A DNA stretch of 64,000 bases from an uncultured virus (IMG/VR IMGVR_UViG_3300028734_000015). Its lineage: Duplodnaviria > Heunggongvirae > Uroviricota > Caudoviricetes. Each line of letters opens with the position of its first letter. Position 1 is the stretch's first letter. Positions 8,171 through 17,593 of this stretch are shown one piece after another. The position numbers and the translations under genes are program-made. Under the pieces are notes generated by a model. It did no database searches. It was not told where the DNA came from and worked only from the letters and a program-made list of their open reading frames with translations. The stretch is taken from the IMG/VR virus record IMGVR_UViG_3300028734_000015; one strand, written 5' to 3'.

Positions 8171-8643
8171 TGAATGAGGTTTTGAATGTTTGGTGTGATG
8201 GGGCTTGTGCCGGCAATCCCGGACCAGGTGGATTCGCAGCTGCGATAATATTTAAGAACTCTACAGTATCGTTTTACTCAGGGTACAATGAGTATACGAC
8301 TAATAATAGAATGGAATTGAGTGGATTTATTCACTCATTAAGACTCACTTTAAATGAAGTCTATAATGGGTTTAAAGGCGAAGTAATAATACACACCGAC
8401 TCTAAATATATAGAGAACGCTATCAATTGCGGATGGTTAAATAAATGGGCAAGAAAAGGATTTGTTAAAATCAAGAATCCAGACTTATGGCAAGAGGTAT
8501 ATACCGTGATAAGTAAATGCGATTTTATAACTGTCAAGTGGGTAAAAGGACATTCGGGAATAATAGGAAATGATATAGTCGATAGATTAGCAGTTGAGGC
8601 CATGAATCTAAAAAGGACTAGTGGAGGTATAATGGAAATTTAA
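8170..8643 (+). CDS. rnhA: Ribonuclease HI
   Basis: CDGACAGNPGPGG, TTNNRMEL, TDSKY, KNPDLW, WVKGHSG, GNDIVDRLA motifs. Confidence 0.95.
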   Translation: MNEVLNVWCDGACAGNPGPGGFAAAIIFKNSTVSFYSGYNEYTTNNRMELSGFIHSLRLTLNEVYNGFKGEVIIHTDSKYIENAINCGWLNKWARKGFVKIKNPDLWQEVYTVISKCDFITVKWVKGHSGIIGNDIVDRLAVEAMNLKRTSGGIMEI

Positions 8644-8666
8644 AACTTATTTTTAGTTGTGAAATA

Positions 8667-8711
8667 AAGGGGAGCACTGGATCGAAAGATTGAGGTTCCC
8701 CTTTCCTTTTT
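8667..8711 (+). terminator. Intrinsic terminator
   Basis: AAAGGGGAGC...GTTCCCCTTT hairpin followed by T-rich tract. Confidence 0.7.
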
Positions 8712-8742
8712 AAATAAAGTCATATATTACTTTCATTTCCAT

Positions 8743-8771
8743 ACAACCTTTTCTATTTAATTACGTTTATA
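8743..8771 (+). promoter_or_regulatory. Promoter-like motif ACAAC-N16-CGTTTATA
   Basis: Third copy, between a terminator and the next operon. Confidence 0.6.
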
Positions 8772-8818
8772 TATGTGTAGGCCATTAACTACAATAATAA
8801 TAATAACAATATTAATAG

Positions 8819-9424
8819 ATGATGAGCAATATTAAAACAATTAAAGTAATTAAAGAGATTATTGGATTAACTATTGGTGCAACGCTTAGTCGAACTGATA
8901 GTAATAGCAACTTTGAATTAGAAGATAATAGAATAGGGGAAGGATATTTAATTCAGAATTCAGTTTCTATTTCTCCTGACATTATCAGAGATGAGTATTT
9001 TGAAGTTACTGAGTGGTTTGAAGCTCCAGCACCAGCAGAATCAAAGAAATTAAGTTCTACAAAACAATTAAGACAAGAGAATAACGTTCTGACTAAAGAG
9101 GTTTACTACTTAAAAGATGATATAATCTTTTTAAACAATGAAATTAAAGAATTAAGAGAAACTGTGGCATTCCACAAATCATTTTCCGAATCATTAAGCC
9201 AGTGTATTGATAAGATAAAAGATGAACGGGCATTTAAAAAAACATATACAGATGGAGTACTGAGTAGAATTAGTACAAAATTGGCTGAATATAGAAAAGA
9301 ATTTAATGCAGTTGCAAATGAACTTGAACTCACTACAACTAGTGGCGAACGTTTAGAGAAATTAAGTGAGTCGTATACCGTATTTTATAATATGATTGAC
9401 TTACTGGAAAAGGTTAAAGCATAA
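8819..9424 (+). CDS. Hypothetical coiled-coil protein
   Basis: 201-aa ORF, heptad-rich C-terminal half. Confidence 0.8.
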   Translation: MMSNIKTIKVIKEIIGLTIGATLSRTDSNSNFELEDNRIGEGYLIQNSVSISPDIIRDEYFEVTEWFEAPAPAESKKLSSTKQLRQENNVLTKEVYYLKDDIIFLNNEIKELRETVAFHKSFSESLSQCIDKIKDERAFKKTYTDGVLSRISTKLAEYRKEFNAVANELELTTTSGERLEKLSESYTVFYNMIDLLEKVKA

Positions 9425-9810
9425 TGAATAAATTTATAAAAACCATATCCCCAGATAAATTAGGTTATGAGTTTTTGCGTAGCTTAAATGGATTATTAGA
9501 TCTAACAGATAGGGAGTTAGAATTGCTCTCTATCTTTTTAGACTTGCATTTAAGAAATATGAAAACTAGGAAAGGCAAAACTCCTATAGACTCAACAGAT
9601 AATAGACGTTATATAATGAAAGTCACTACTGTAACTAAAGATAATCTTTGTAGATATATCAAAATATTTAGAGAAAAGAAAATTTTTGTAAAAGAAGACG
9701 GTATATTATCTATGAGTAGGGCTTTAACTCCAATAGCAATCGGGAATAAGACAGTTCAAATAATAATGATATTAAAAATAAAAGAAGATGAATTATTACA
9801 ATCCAACTAG
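9424..9810 (+). CDS. Putative winged-HTH DNA-binding protein
   Basis: LTDRELELL...DNLCRYIKIFREKKIF pattern. Confidence 0.55.
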   Translation: MNKFIKTISPDKLGYEFLRSLNGLLDLTDRELELLSIFLDLHLRNMKTRKGKTPIDSTDNRRYIMKVTTVTKDNLCRYIKIFREKKIFVKEDGILSMSRALTPIAIGNKTVQIIMILKIKEDELLQSN

Positions 9811-10024
9811 TCAGCCTAAAAGGGGGTCATTACTTTCCAGAATATTTGGAGAGAAAGATGAATCTTGCTACTTTACTAGTGACCACCAATTAGAATGGAA
9901 ATCTAAAAATAGAAAAGAACGCAAAAAAGACAATAGTTTTTATAATAGAAACAGATGTAGTGATTACTATATTGTTACTGAAAAAACATGGTATCCAAAA
10001 ACACAGATATATATACTATACTAG
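9788..10024 (+). CDS. Hypothetical protein
   Basis: 78-aa ORF overlapping both neighbours. Confidence 0.5.
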   Translation: MNYYNPTSQPKRGSLLSRIFGEKDESCYFTSDHQLEWKSKNRKERKKDNSFYNRNRCSDYYIVTEKTWYPKTQIYILY

Positions 10025-10251
10025 CAGAAAAACATGGATTGCATAAATCCGTAGTATCAATGATTTGCAATCACCCTTTTATATTTGCATCTAGGCATAT
10101 TTCTAATCCTGACGATGAAAAGAGTTTAATGTTTGCATATTTGTTTAAGGTTAGATTAAAAAGAAGGTTCAAGGGTAATAAAAGAAAATTATATGACGAA
10201 CAGAAAGAAAGAAGAGACAGTAACAAAGAACTTTGCAATAAGAGCATTTGA
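9988..10251 (+). CDS. HU/IHF-like DNA-binding protein
   Basis: IYTILAEKHGLHKSVVSMIC...MFAYLFKVRLK; size and basicity fit. Confidence 0.6.
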   Translation: MVSKNTDIYTILAEKHGLHKSVVSMICNHPFIFASRHISNPDDEKSLMFAYLFKVRLKRRFKGNKRKLYDEQKERRDSNKELCNKSI

Positions 10252-10366
10252 TTATGCGGTATGTCAAACGGCGTGTAAAACCGGTGCAGATAAAGCTACT
10301 ATCTGCATAAAAAGAAAAGGTGGTTGCCCAGTTAGAGCGAATTTTATTAAAAAATTAGAACAGTAG
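10193..10366 (+). CDS. Small 4-Cys protein
   Basis: 57 aa MTNRKKEE...VCQTACKTGADKATICIKRKGGCPVR...; not in ORF track. Confidence 0.6.
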   Translation: MTNRKKEETVTKNFAIRAFDYAVCQTACKTGADKATICIKRKGGCPVRANFIKKLEQ

Positions 10367-10375
10367 GAATTAGGA

Positions 10376-10837
10376 ATGGGGAAAGTTGAGAAAAAAATGA
10401 TTATACATGAGTTCTACTCAGATATTTATCCAATTCAATTCTGGGTATTAATAAATCCATCCAGAGAACAAATAGACAATACATTTGAACCAAAAGATGA
10501 AAATACTACAAATTCAATATTAGATGATGGATGGGTTGCATGTACATCAGTAATGAATGTTAAAAAAGACACACGAAAATATGGAGTCTATGTTGCAATA
10601 CTAAGACCAGATAAAATGACAGTTGGGGCATTAGCTCACGAGGCATGTCATGCGGTAGACAGAATATATTCTCATATTGGCGCAGACTGTGTCGATATCG
10701 GAGGAGAGCCACATGCGTATTTTGTTGAATGGATTGTAAGGTGTATTGATGAGGCTATACAAGATAATAAAAAAGAAAATAAAATGAATAAATTAAAATG
10801 TGGTGGAGGAAAAACCAAACCGCCTAAAAAGAAATAA
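10376..10837 (+). CDS. Zincin-like metallopeptidase
   Basis: HExxH motif in LAHEACHAV, downstream EPHAY. Confidence 0.7.
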   Translation: MGKVEKKMIIHEFYSDIYPIQFWVLINPSREQIDNTFEPKDENTTNSILDDGWVACTSVMNVKKDTRKYGVYVAILRPDKMTVGALAHEACHAVDRIYSHIGADCVDIGGEPHAYFVEWIVRCIDEAIQDNKKENKMNKLKCGGGKTKPPKKK

Positions 10838-10854
10838 TAACTAAAATTAATATT

Positions 10855-11022
10855 ATGACTAAGAAAAATCCTATACATATAGATCCTAAGAATGTGGGTA
10901 AATTTACTGCTACCAAAAAGGATACTGGAAAATCAACAGAGGAACTTACTCATTCTAAGAATCCAGTTACAAAAAAGAGAGCTATATTCGCACAGAATGC
11001 AGCAAAATGGAATAAAAAATAA
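10855..11022 (+). CDS. Small basic protein
   Basis: 55 aa MTKKNPIHIDPKNVGKFTAT...KKRAIFAQNAAKWNKK; not in ORF track. Confidence 0.7.
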   Translation: MTKKNPIHIDPKNVGKFTATKKDTGKSTEELTHSKNPVTKKRAIFAQNAAKWNKK

Positions 11023-11027
11023 ATAAT

Positions 11028-11498
11028 ATGCAATTAGATATAAAGAAAATTAACGAAAAAGCGGTACTACCAGTACTGCAACCAAATGGTAATGTATTAG
11101 ATATAACATGTATCGATATTAAAACTGGAGTTGGTAGAGATGGGCGTTTGATTCTGGAATATAAAACAGGTTTAAAGATCAATATCCCAACAGGATATAT
11201 TGGAATGTTATTCTTAGCTGATGGAGCTTTTATTAATTCATTAGTGCTTACTAATGCTGTAGCTACTTTTACTAGTAATTATACAGATGAAATAGTAGCA
11301 AGATTTAAGACTAACACTGATTCGGTTCCAGCTATTTATGAACCAGGTGAAGTATTTGCTAAGTTAATTATAGTAGAATTACCATCACTTGAGATTAATG
11401 AATTACCAATGGAATTGCCAGTAGTTGAAGAAAAGAAAGAGGTTTCTGAGAATGTAGAAGAGGTAGTTGCAGAAGAATTGTCACAGTCAAATGGATAA
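11028..11498 (+). CDS. Trimeric dUTPase-fold protein, apparently inactive
   Basis: IKKINEKAVLP, YKTGLKINIPTGYIG, YEPGEVFAKLII match the fold; catalytic motifs degenerate. Confidence 0.7.
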   Translation: MQLDIKKINEKAVLPVLQPNGNVLDITCIDIKTGVGRDGRLILEYKTGLKINIPTGYIGMLFLADGAFINSLVLTNAVATFTSNYTDEIVARFKTNTDSVPAIYEPGEVFAKLIIVELPSLEINELPMELPVVEEKKEVSENVEEVVAEELSQSNG

Positions 11499-11925
11499 GT
11501 ATTATACTCCAGTTATAGAAGAATTTCATGTTGGGTTCGAGTTTGAGTCCAACACATTCTCTACTTCATTTGCAGTATTAGATTTTCAAGATCCTACAAA
11601 AGATGTTGTAAGTGAATCTACTCCAACATGGATAAAGGAGACTTTTGGACTACATCATTTTTCTATATGGAATAGTTCATATGATTTTAAAATGGTATTA
11701 GATGATAATAGACTCAGAGTTAAATATCTCGATAAAGAAGATATAGAATCATTAGGATTTAAGCAAACGATTAAAGACCAGTACTATAAAGATGATTTTG
11801 AATTATTAATAGATGCCGATTTATTTATTCAGATTATAAAAGATAATGGATTTGTATTCCAAGGAACAATCAAAAATAAATCAGAGTTAATTATATTACT
11901 AAAGCAATTAGGAATTAATGAATAA
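11491..11925 (+). CDS. Hypothetical protein
   Basis: ORF 11467-11925; likely start MDKYYTP. Confidence 0.75.
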   Translation: MDKYYTPVIEEFHVGFEFESNTFSTSFAVLDFQDPTKDVVSESTPTWIKETFGLHHFSIWNSSYDFKMVLDDNRLRVKYLDKEDIESLGFKQTIKDQYYKDDFELLIDADLFIQIIKDNGFVFQGTIKNKSELIILLKQLGINE

Positions 11926-12454
11926 TAAACTTGCAGATATAGTTGGAGGGAAGGTAGTTATACATCAAGACACATTAGAAATTCCTTGTTTTAAAAAGAT
12001 ATGGAATGACAATACAGATAAAGATTTAGCTACAAAATACATAGATTATATATTTTTCAAACATCATCCAGATAGTCCTTATGTAATCTCAATGCCATTA
12101 GAGTATAGAGACGAAAGATTAAGGAAAGAATTGTTTACTGAAGATTGGGAACCTACTCCTGATATTATATATGCAGAACAAACATATTTAGAGTTCCTGG
12201 ATACATTATTACTACAGTTATTAACTGGATATAGAAATACACTAAGCGCCATAAGTAAGTATTTAAATAACATTGTAACAGGGACCCTCGATATGCGTAT
12301 GGTAAAAGAAGCATTAACAGCTGGAGCTCAATTAGATAAGACAATTAAGTCTGTAACATCACTAGAGAAGCAAGTACGTAAGGATGAATTAGAATCGTCT
12401 AGAGTACAGGGTGGTAGTGAAGTTGGTCATTATGAAATGCCTAAATCAAGATAA
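11918..12454 (+). CDS. Hypothetical protein (possible terminase small subunit, unverified)
   Basis: 178-aa helical-looking ORF upstream of the terminase. Confidence 0.6.
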   Translation: MNNKLADIVGGKVVIHQDTLEIPCFKKIWNDNTDKDLATKYIDYIFFKHHPDSPYVISMPLEYRDERLRKELFTEDWEPTPDIIYAEQTYLEFLDTLLLQLLTGYRNTLSAISKYLNNIVTGTLDMRMVKEALTAGAQLDKTIKSVTSLEKQVRKDELESSRVQGGSEVGHYEMPKSR

Positions 12455-12455
12455 T

Positions 12456-12851
12456 ATGGAATCATTAAAATATTTAATTCCAATATTTATATTGTTCTTA
12501 TCTTCTATATTTGCATATGTTCTATGGACATTAAATAAAATAGGGTATCAAAAGGCATATATAAAAGACCTATTAGAATCATATTCAACTCTATTGTCAC
12601 AAAAGAAATCATCTGAGGTCAGACTTGGTCAGATATCAGAAAACCTAGCACCGTTCTTAAAGGACTTTAAATACAATCCAAAGAAAGCACATTTCTTAGG
12701 TAATCCAATAGACTACATTATATTTGAAGAAGATAAGATTGTATTACTTGAGATTAAATCTGGAGAATCCAAGTTAAGTGATAGTCAGAAGAATATAAAG
12801 AGATTGATACAAGAAGGTAAAGTAGAATTTGATCAAATGAGGATTAATTAA
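12456..12851 (+). CDS. Holliday-junction-resolvase-like endonuclease with N-terminal TM segment
   Basis: GQISENLAPF, FLGNPIDYIIF, LLEIKSG, LSDSQ motifs; likely start MESLK. Confidence 0.8.
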   Translation: MESLKYLIPIFILFLSSIFAYVLWTLNKIGYQKAYIKDLLESYSTLLSQKKSSEVRLGQISENLAPFLKDFKYNPKKAHFLGNPIDYIIFEEDKIVLLEIKSGESKLSDSQKNIKRLIQEGKVEFDQMRIN

Positions 12852-12852
12852 T

Positions 12853-12981
12853 ATGGACGCAACTAATAAATCTACTAAAGAAATTAGATGGATGATTTAT
12901 GAGGAATGGATAGCATTTCATGATTATAGAGCAAGAAAAGAAATAGAATATTTAAATTATCTTATAAATGGTAAATGTTAA
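12853..12981 (+). CDS. Small hypothetical protein
   Basis: 42 aa MDATNKSTKEIRWMIYEEW... fills the gap. Confidence 0.5.
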   Translation: MDATNKSTKEIRWMIYEEWIAFHDYRARKEIEYLNYLINGKC

Positions 12982-13444
12982 AGTAAAGAATGCGAAGACT
13001 CATGAATATGATGGTCAAAAATTTAAATCTGGATTGGAGTTGTTCTGTTATAAACTATTAAAAGAGAATAACATACCATTTATATATCAACCAGAACCAT
13101 ATGTTCTAATACAGAAGTTTAAAGCAAACTTTAAATGTTATGAAGATACTGGTAAGATCACTAGAGATAAGAATAAGAAGATACTATCATCTACTAAGCG
13201 ATTTGATCTAATAGAGAATGTAAGAGAGATTGCATATACGCCTGATTTCTGTGGAGTAGATAATGGTTGGATAATAGAAACAAAAGGTTTTGCTAATGAT
13301 GCATTTCCATTAAGATGGAAGTTATTCAAAGCCAAATTAAATGAATTAGATTTTCAAGGTATAGTAATGAAACCAGAAAGTCAGAAAGAAGTAGTGATGT
13401 GCGTTGATATAATAAAAAAACCAAATAAACAAGAAACGAAATGA
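12968..13444 (+). CDS. PD-(D/E)xK endonuclease (DUF1064-like)
   Basis: YDGQKFKSGLE, YTPDF, IIETKG. Confidence 0.8.
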   Translation: MVNVKVKNAKTHEYDGQKFKSGLELFCYKLLKENNIPFIYQPEPYVLIQKFKANFKCYEDTGKITRDKNKKILSSTKRFDLIENVREIAYTPDFCGVDNGWIIETKGFANDAFPLRWKLFKAKLNELDFQGIVMKPESQKEVVMCVDIIKKPNKQETK

Positions 13445-13776
13445 ACAAGTTGATATTAAGTGAAAATAGTAGTACTGCCATATTATTTAATCCAGAAACT
13501 TTAGAGACTAGGGTAAACAATAGTATATCAAATAATGTAGACTGTTGGTATATTGCTAATGAAGATCTAGAAGTAACATATCAGGACGAAATGAAAATTG
13601 CTAAAAAAGATAATATTATTCTGAAGATGTATCCGAATGATAATATAAAAAGACTGATTATCATAGATAATGATGATTTGACTAACTTTACAGTAGAAAT
13701 GGAGAAAAGGAGGATGGAACTTAGAAGTAAAAATGATTGTTCAGAAAAAGTTTATTGCGGATCTATACATAATTAA
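13441..13776 (+). CDS. Hypothetical protein
   Basis: 111-aa ORF, ATGA-coupled. Confidence 0.75.
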   Translation: MNKLILSENSSTAILFNPETLETRVNNSISNNVDCWYIANEDLEVTYQDEMKIAKKDNIILKMYPNDNIKRLIIIDNDDLTNFTVEMEKRRMELRSKNDCSEKVYCGSIHN

Positions 13777-13846
13777 GTTGTATACCATGCTACTATTAAT
13801 AAAACAAATTAAATTAAACAACGTTTAGAACACTAAACAATAATTA

Positions 13847-14149
13847 TTGATTATGAATAATACAAATAAGGTTTCTGCCACGGCATTGACACCTACAACA
13901 AATGAAATCGTAGCTCCTGTTAATTCAGTTGAGATTGCTCCTATAGTAAAGAAACCATACAATAAGAGACGTAAACGTAAATCCATTTCCATTACCACTC
14001 CATCAACTGATACCACTGTATCTGTTACCCCAGAAGTAGTAGTAATTAAAACAGTAAGAAAATTGAATATTTTCAAAAGAATTGGTAATTATATTGCATC
14101 ATTCTTAAAAGCAAAATATACGCAATTTAAAGAATGGTTGAAAAAGTAA
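13847..14149 (+). CDS. Hypothetical basic protein
   Basis: 100-aa ORF before the terminase. Confidence 0.65.
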   Translation: MIMNNTNKVSATALTPTTNEIVAPVNSVEIAPIVKKPYNKRRKRKSISITTPSTDTTVSVTPEVVVIKTVRKLNIFKRIGNYIASFLKAKYTQFKEWLKK

Positions 14150-14158
14150 AAACTAATA

Positions 14159-17100
14159 ATGATTAATTTCAATAAGAAGGTTTTAAATTCAAATAAATTC
14201 AGAAACCCCGCGATCCACTTTCAGGACCATGGGGTTTACTGTTTCGCACCATATGGTACTACTGAATACTTAACATATTGGGATAAAGAAGCAGAGAGAT
14301 GTGTAGAGGGATATACTGCTCCAGATGGAGATTGGATAAGCGGATATAACTATTTTTACTTAAATTATTGTCCAATACTACGATTAGTAGAGTTTACATA
14401 TAAAGATAGATTTGGAAATGTAAAAACGCGCAGAGAGAAATCAAGAGAGTTTCCTGACTTTTACGATTATGATTATTATTACTTTACTGCTGTTCAAGAG
14501 GCAGAGGAAGATGGCAGCCATATGTGTGTTTTAAAGTCGCGTGGTAAAGGATATTCATTTAAGGGCGGGTCTATGCTAGATAGAAACTATTATCTAATAC
14601 CCGATTCTAAAGGATATGCTATTGCTGCAGAAACAGAATATTTAGTAAGAGATGGACTACTAACTAAGGCATGGGACTATATGGACTTCATAGATGAACA
14701 TACTGCATGGTCTAAGAAACGTCAAGCGATTAATACTAAAATGCATAGAAAAGCTTCTATTATTACTACTGACGAAATGGGTAATAAGATTGAAGTTGGT
14801 TATAAGTCTGAAATAATTGGAGTATCATTAAAGAATGACCCCAATAAAGCTCGTGGTAAACGTGGTAAACTTATACTATGGGAAGAGGCTGGATCATTTA
14901 AAGATATCTTACAAGCTTGGCAGATAGCTAGACCATCTGTAGAAGAAGATGGAAAGGCATTTGGTTTAATGATAGCGTTTGGTACTGGTGGTGATGAAGG
15001 ATCTAGATTTGATGGGCTAAAAGAAATGTTCTACAATCCATCTGGATATAACATTAAGGCATTCCCAAATATATGGGATGAAGGTGCAGATGGTAATACA
15101 TGTGCTTTCTTTGTTCCGGTATATGCTAATATGTCTGTACTTGATGCAAATAGCAAAAGGATGTTCATGGATAAGAATGGCAATAGCCTAAAGACTAAAG
15201 CTATTGATTATGCTATGTCTGAGCGTCAAAAAGTAATAGATGGATCGTCTGATTCTAGAGCAATTGATAGGTATATTGCAGAGAACCCTATAACCCCTCA
15301 GGAAGCTGTTTTAGAGCTCACAGGGAATATATTTCCAAAGAAAGAGTTAATGATACAGTTAGCAGCAATACGTACTAACAGGAAGCTACAATCACATAAA
15401 CAAGTAGGCGATTTAAATTACATTAATGGTGAATTAAACTGGACTATCAAACAGAAAGGTGATATAACTAAATATCCACTTGGTAGGGATGATAAACATG
15501 AGGGGAGCATAGTCATATGGGAGCATCCAAGCAAGGACACTTCAAATCAATTATACATAGCAGGATGTTTAACTCCTGGAGAAAAAGTTTTAACAAATCA
15601 TGGGCTTAAAGATGTTGAAAAAATAGACCATAATGATTTGCTTATAAATGAAAAAGGAGAGGAAGTTGAAATTAAGGTATTTCAAAAAAGATACAAAGAA
15701 AACTGCGATACATATAGAGTAACTCCTCATGGTTCATATAGAGGGACTAATTTTACTGGAGAGCACCCATTGCTAATAGAGGATCAATTTATAAATGCCA
15801 AAGATGTTTCAGTAGGAGATAGATTAAAAATACCAAATAGATATTGCGAATCAAATGAAAAATACATAACAACTATATATAAATATTTTGGAGCGGAGTT
15901 TAATTCTGAAAATCCTTTATTTTGGTGGTTTCTTGGCTGTTGGTTAGGAGATGGTTTTAATAATAAAAACAAAAACTCTCATGACATATACGTTGCATTT
16001 GGAAAAGATCAAACTAAGTCTGCATTGCAATTCGATAATATAATTAAGAAAATATTTGACAGAAAGACCACTCATTGTAAATGGAATGGTGGTGAAACAA
16101 GAAGATTCACTAGTAAGATTTTATATGGGTTTTTAGAAAATGAATTTGGAAGATATTCATATGGAAAAAGAATTCCAGAATGGGTTAAATTTGCAAGAAA
16201 CGATTTACGTAAGTATTTTATTGCTGGATATTTAGATTCAGATGGAAGCGCATTTTATGATAGAGGAAAACTTAGAGTTAACTTCACTAGTATAAATTTA
16301 GAAATGCTAGAGTCATTACAGGATATGTTATATGCTACTGGAATTTTTAATACAATAACAAGACACAGTAAAAAGTGTATATCTATATTTAATGGTAAGG
16401 AATGCATAAGTAAAGAATCGTATAGGCTGTCTATTGGAAGAAAATATATAAAAAGGATAATACCAACTGGATTTGAACACTTTCTTCAGAGTGAAAAAAT
16501 GAGACGAATAATTGAAGAGAAGATTCAAGATGTCGTCAAGACTGGAGATAAAGCAGTAATCTCCTCATGCGGAAAATATATATATCTAAAGATAGCGAAG
16601 ATTGAAAAATCTAAATATACTGGAACTGTATATAATTTCGAATGCGACACACATACATATATGTGTAGAAACATTACGTCACATAATTGTGACCCGTTAA
16701 CGATATGGCGGTGCAGATTAATTTCTGTAAGAATTGAGCAAAATCGGTGAACGTCTCTAGTAGAAAACACCTAGGTAAATAATTAGATTTCGAAAGGCTA
16801 ATTATCACCGTAACGCATAGCAGATGAATAAATATAATTCTGCCAAGAGTGCTCGACAAGAATCAAACTTGATAATATATGCTGAGCTATATGGCGACAT
16901 ATAGAAGTAAAGATAAAAAGCTTTACGATAACAAAACTGATGATCACGATAAGGCTGGTACTAATTCCTTAGGAGCTACATTCATTTATAAACGAATACA
17001 AGACTTTGAATCATACTATGATATAATAGTGGCAGAGTATACTGGGAGGCCAGATACTGCAGAAGATTACTACGAGAATGTACGTAAATTATTACTGTAT

Positions 17101-17592
17101 TATAATGCTAGACTACTATATGAGAATGAACGTAAGGGGATCTTTCCATATTTTACACAGAAACATTCTGACTACCTACTAGCAGATCAACCAGATATTA
17201 TTAATGATATCATAGGAAAATCCACAGTACAGCGTAGAAAAGGAATTCATATGAATGTCCAAATAAAGGACTATGGTGAAGGACTTATAAAGGAATGGTT
17301 AAATGAAGAATATGCTCCTGGCAAAAAGAACTTAACTAAGATATTATCAGAACCATTACTAGAAGAATTAATACAATATAACGACAAAGGTAACTTTGAT
17401 AGGGTTATAGCCCTTATAATGGTAATGATCTATAGGCAACAATTACATAATCTTCATGTAAAGAAAAAAAATGAAGATGTTAGAAAAAACAATCTCTTTA
17501 ATAAACCTCTATTTAGTAGAGAATGGTGGGGATCATCAGATGACGCATTAGGAGAAATAGCAAAAAATTCAGTAGATATAAATTGGAATTAA
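14159..17592 (+). CDS. terL: Terminase large subunit; exons 14159-16697 and 16940-17592, contains an intein (predicted mature length 689 aa)
   Basis: KSRGKGYS Walker A, LILWEEAG Walker B; removing intein and intron restores YIAGCDPYDHDKAG; C-terminal GNFDRV. Confidence 0.92.
15566..16687 (+). mobile_element. Intein (374 aa) with LAGLIDADG homing endonuclease
   Basis: Starts CLTPGEKV, block B FTGEHP, LGCWLGDG and IAGYLDSDG motifs, ends VYNFE...SHN before a +1 Cys. Confidence 0.95.
16698..16939 (+). ncRNA. Group I intron (242 nt, no internal ORF)
   Basis: 5' exon ends CCGU pairing with IGS GCGG (16708-16711); terminal G; P3 GAGCA/TGCTC, P4-type CGGTGA/TCACCG, P7 GCATA/TATGC, P9 CTATATG-GCGA-CATATAG; splicing makes an in-frame TAT. 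Confidence 0.9.
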
Positions 17593-17593
17593 A

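Noticed and set aside
16879..16939. ATG at 16879 as the start of a separate 237-aa gene
   Set aside because: The first 20 codons lie in intron P7-P9; the rest is terL exon 2
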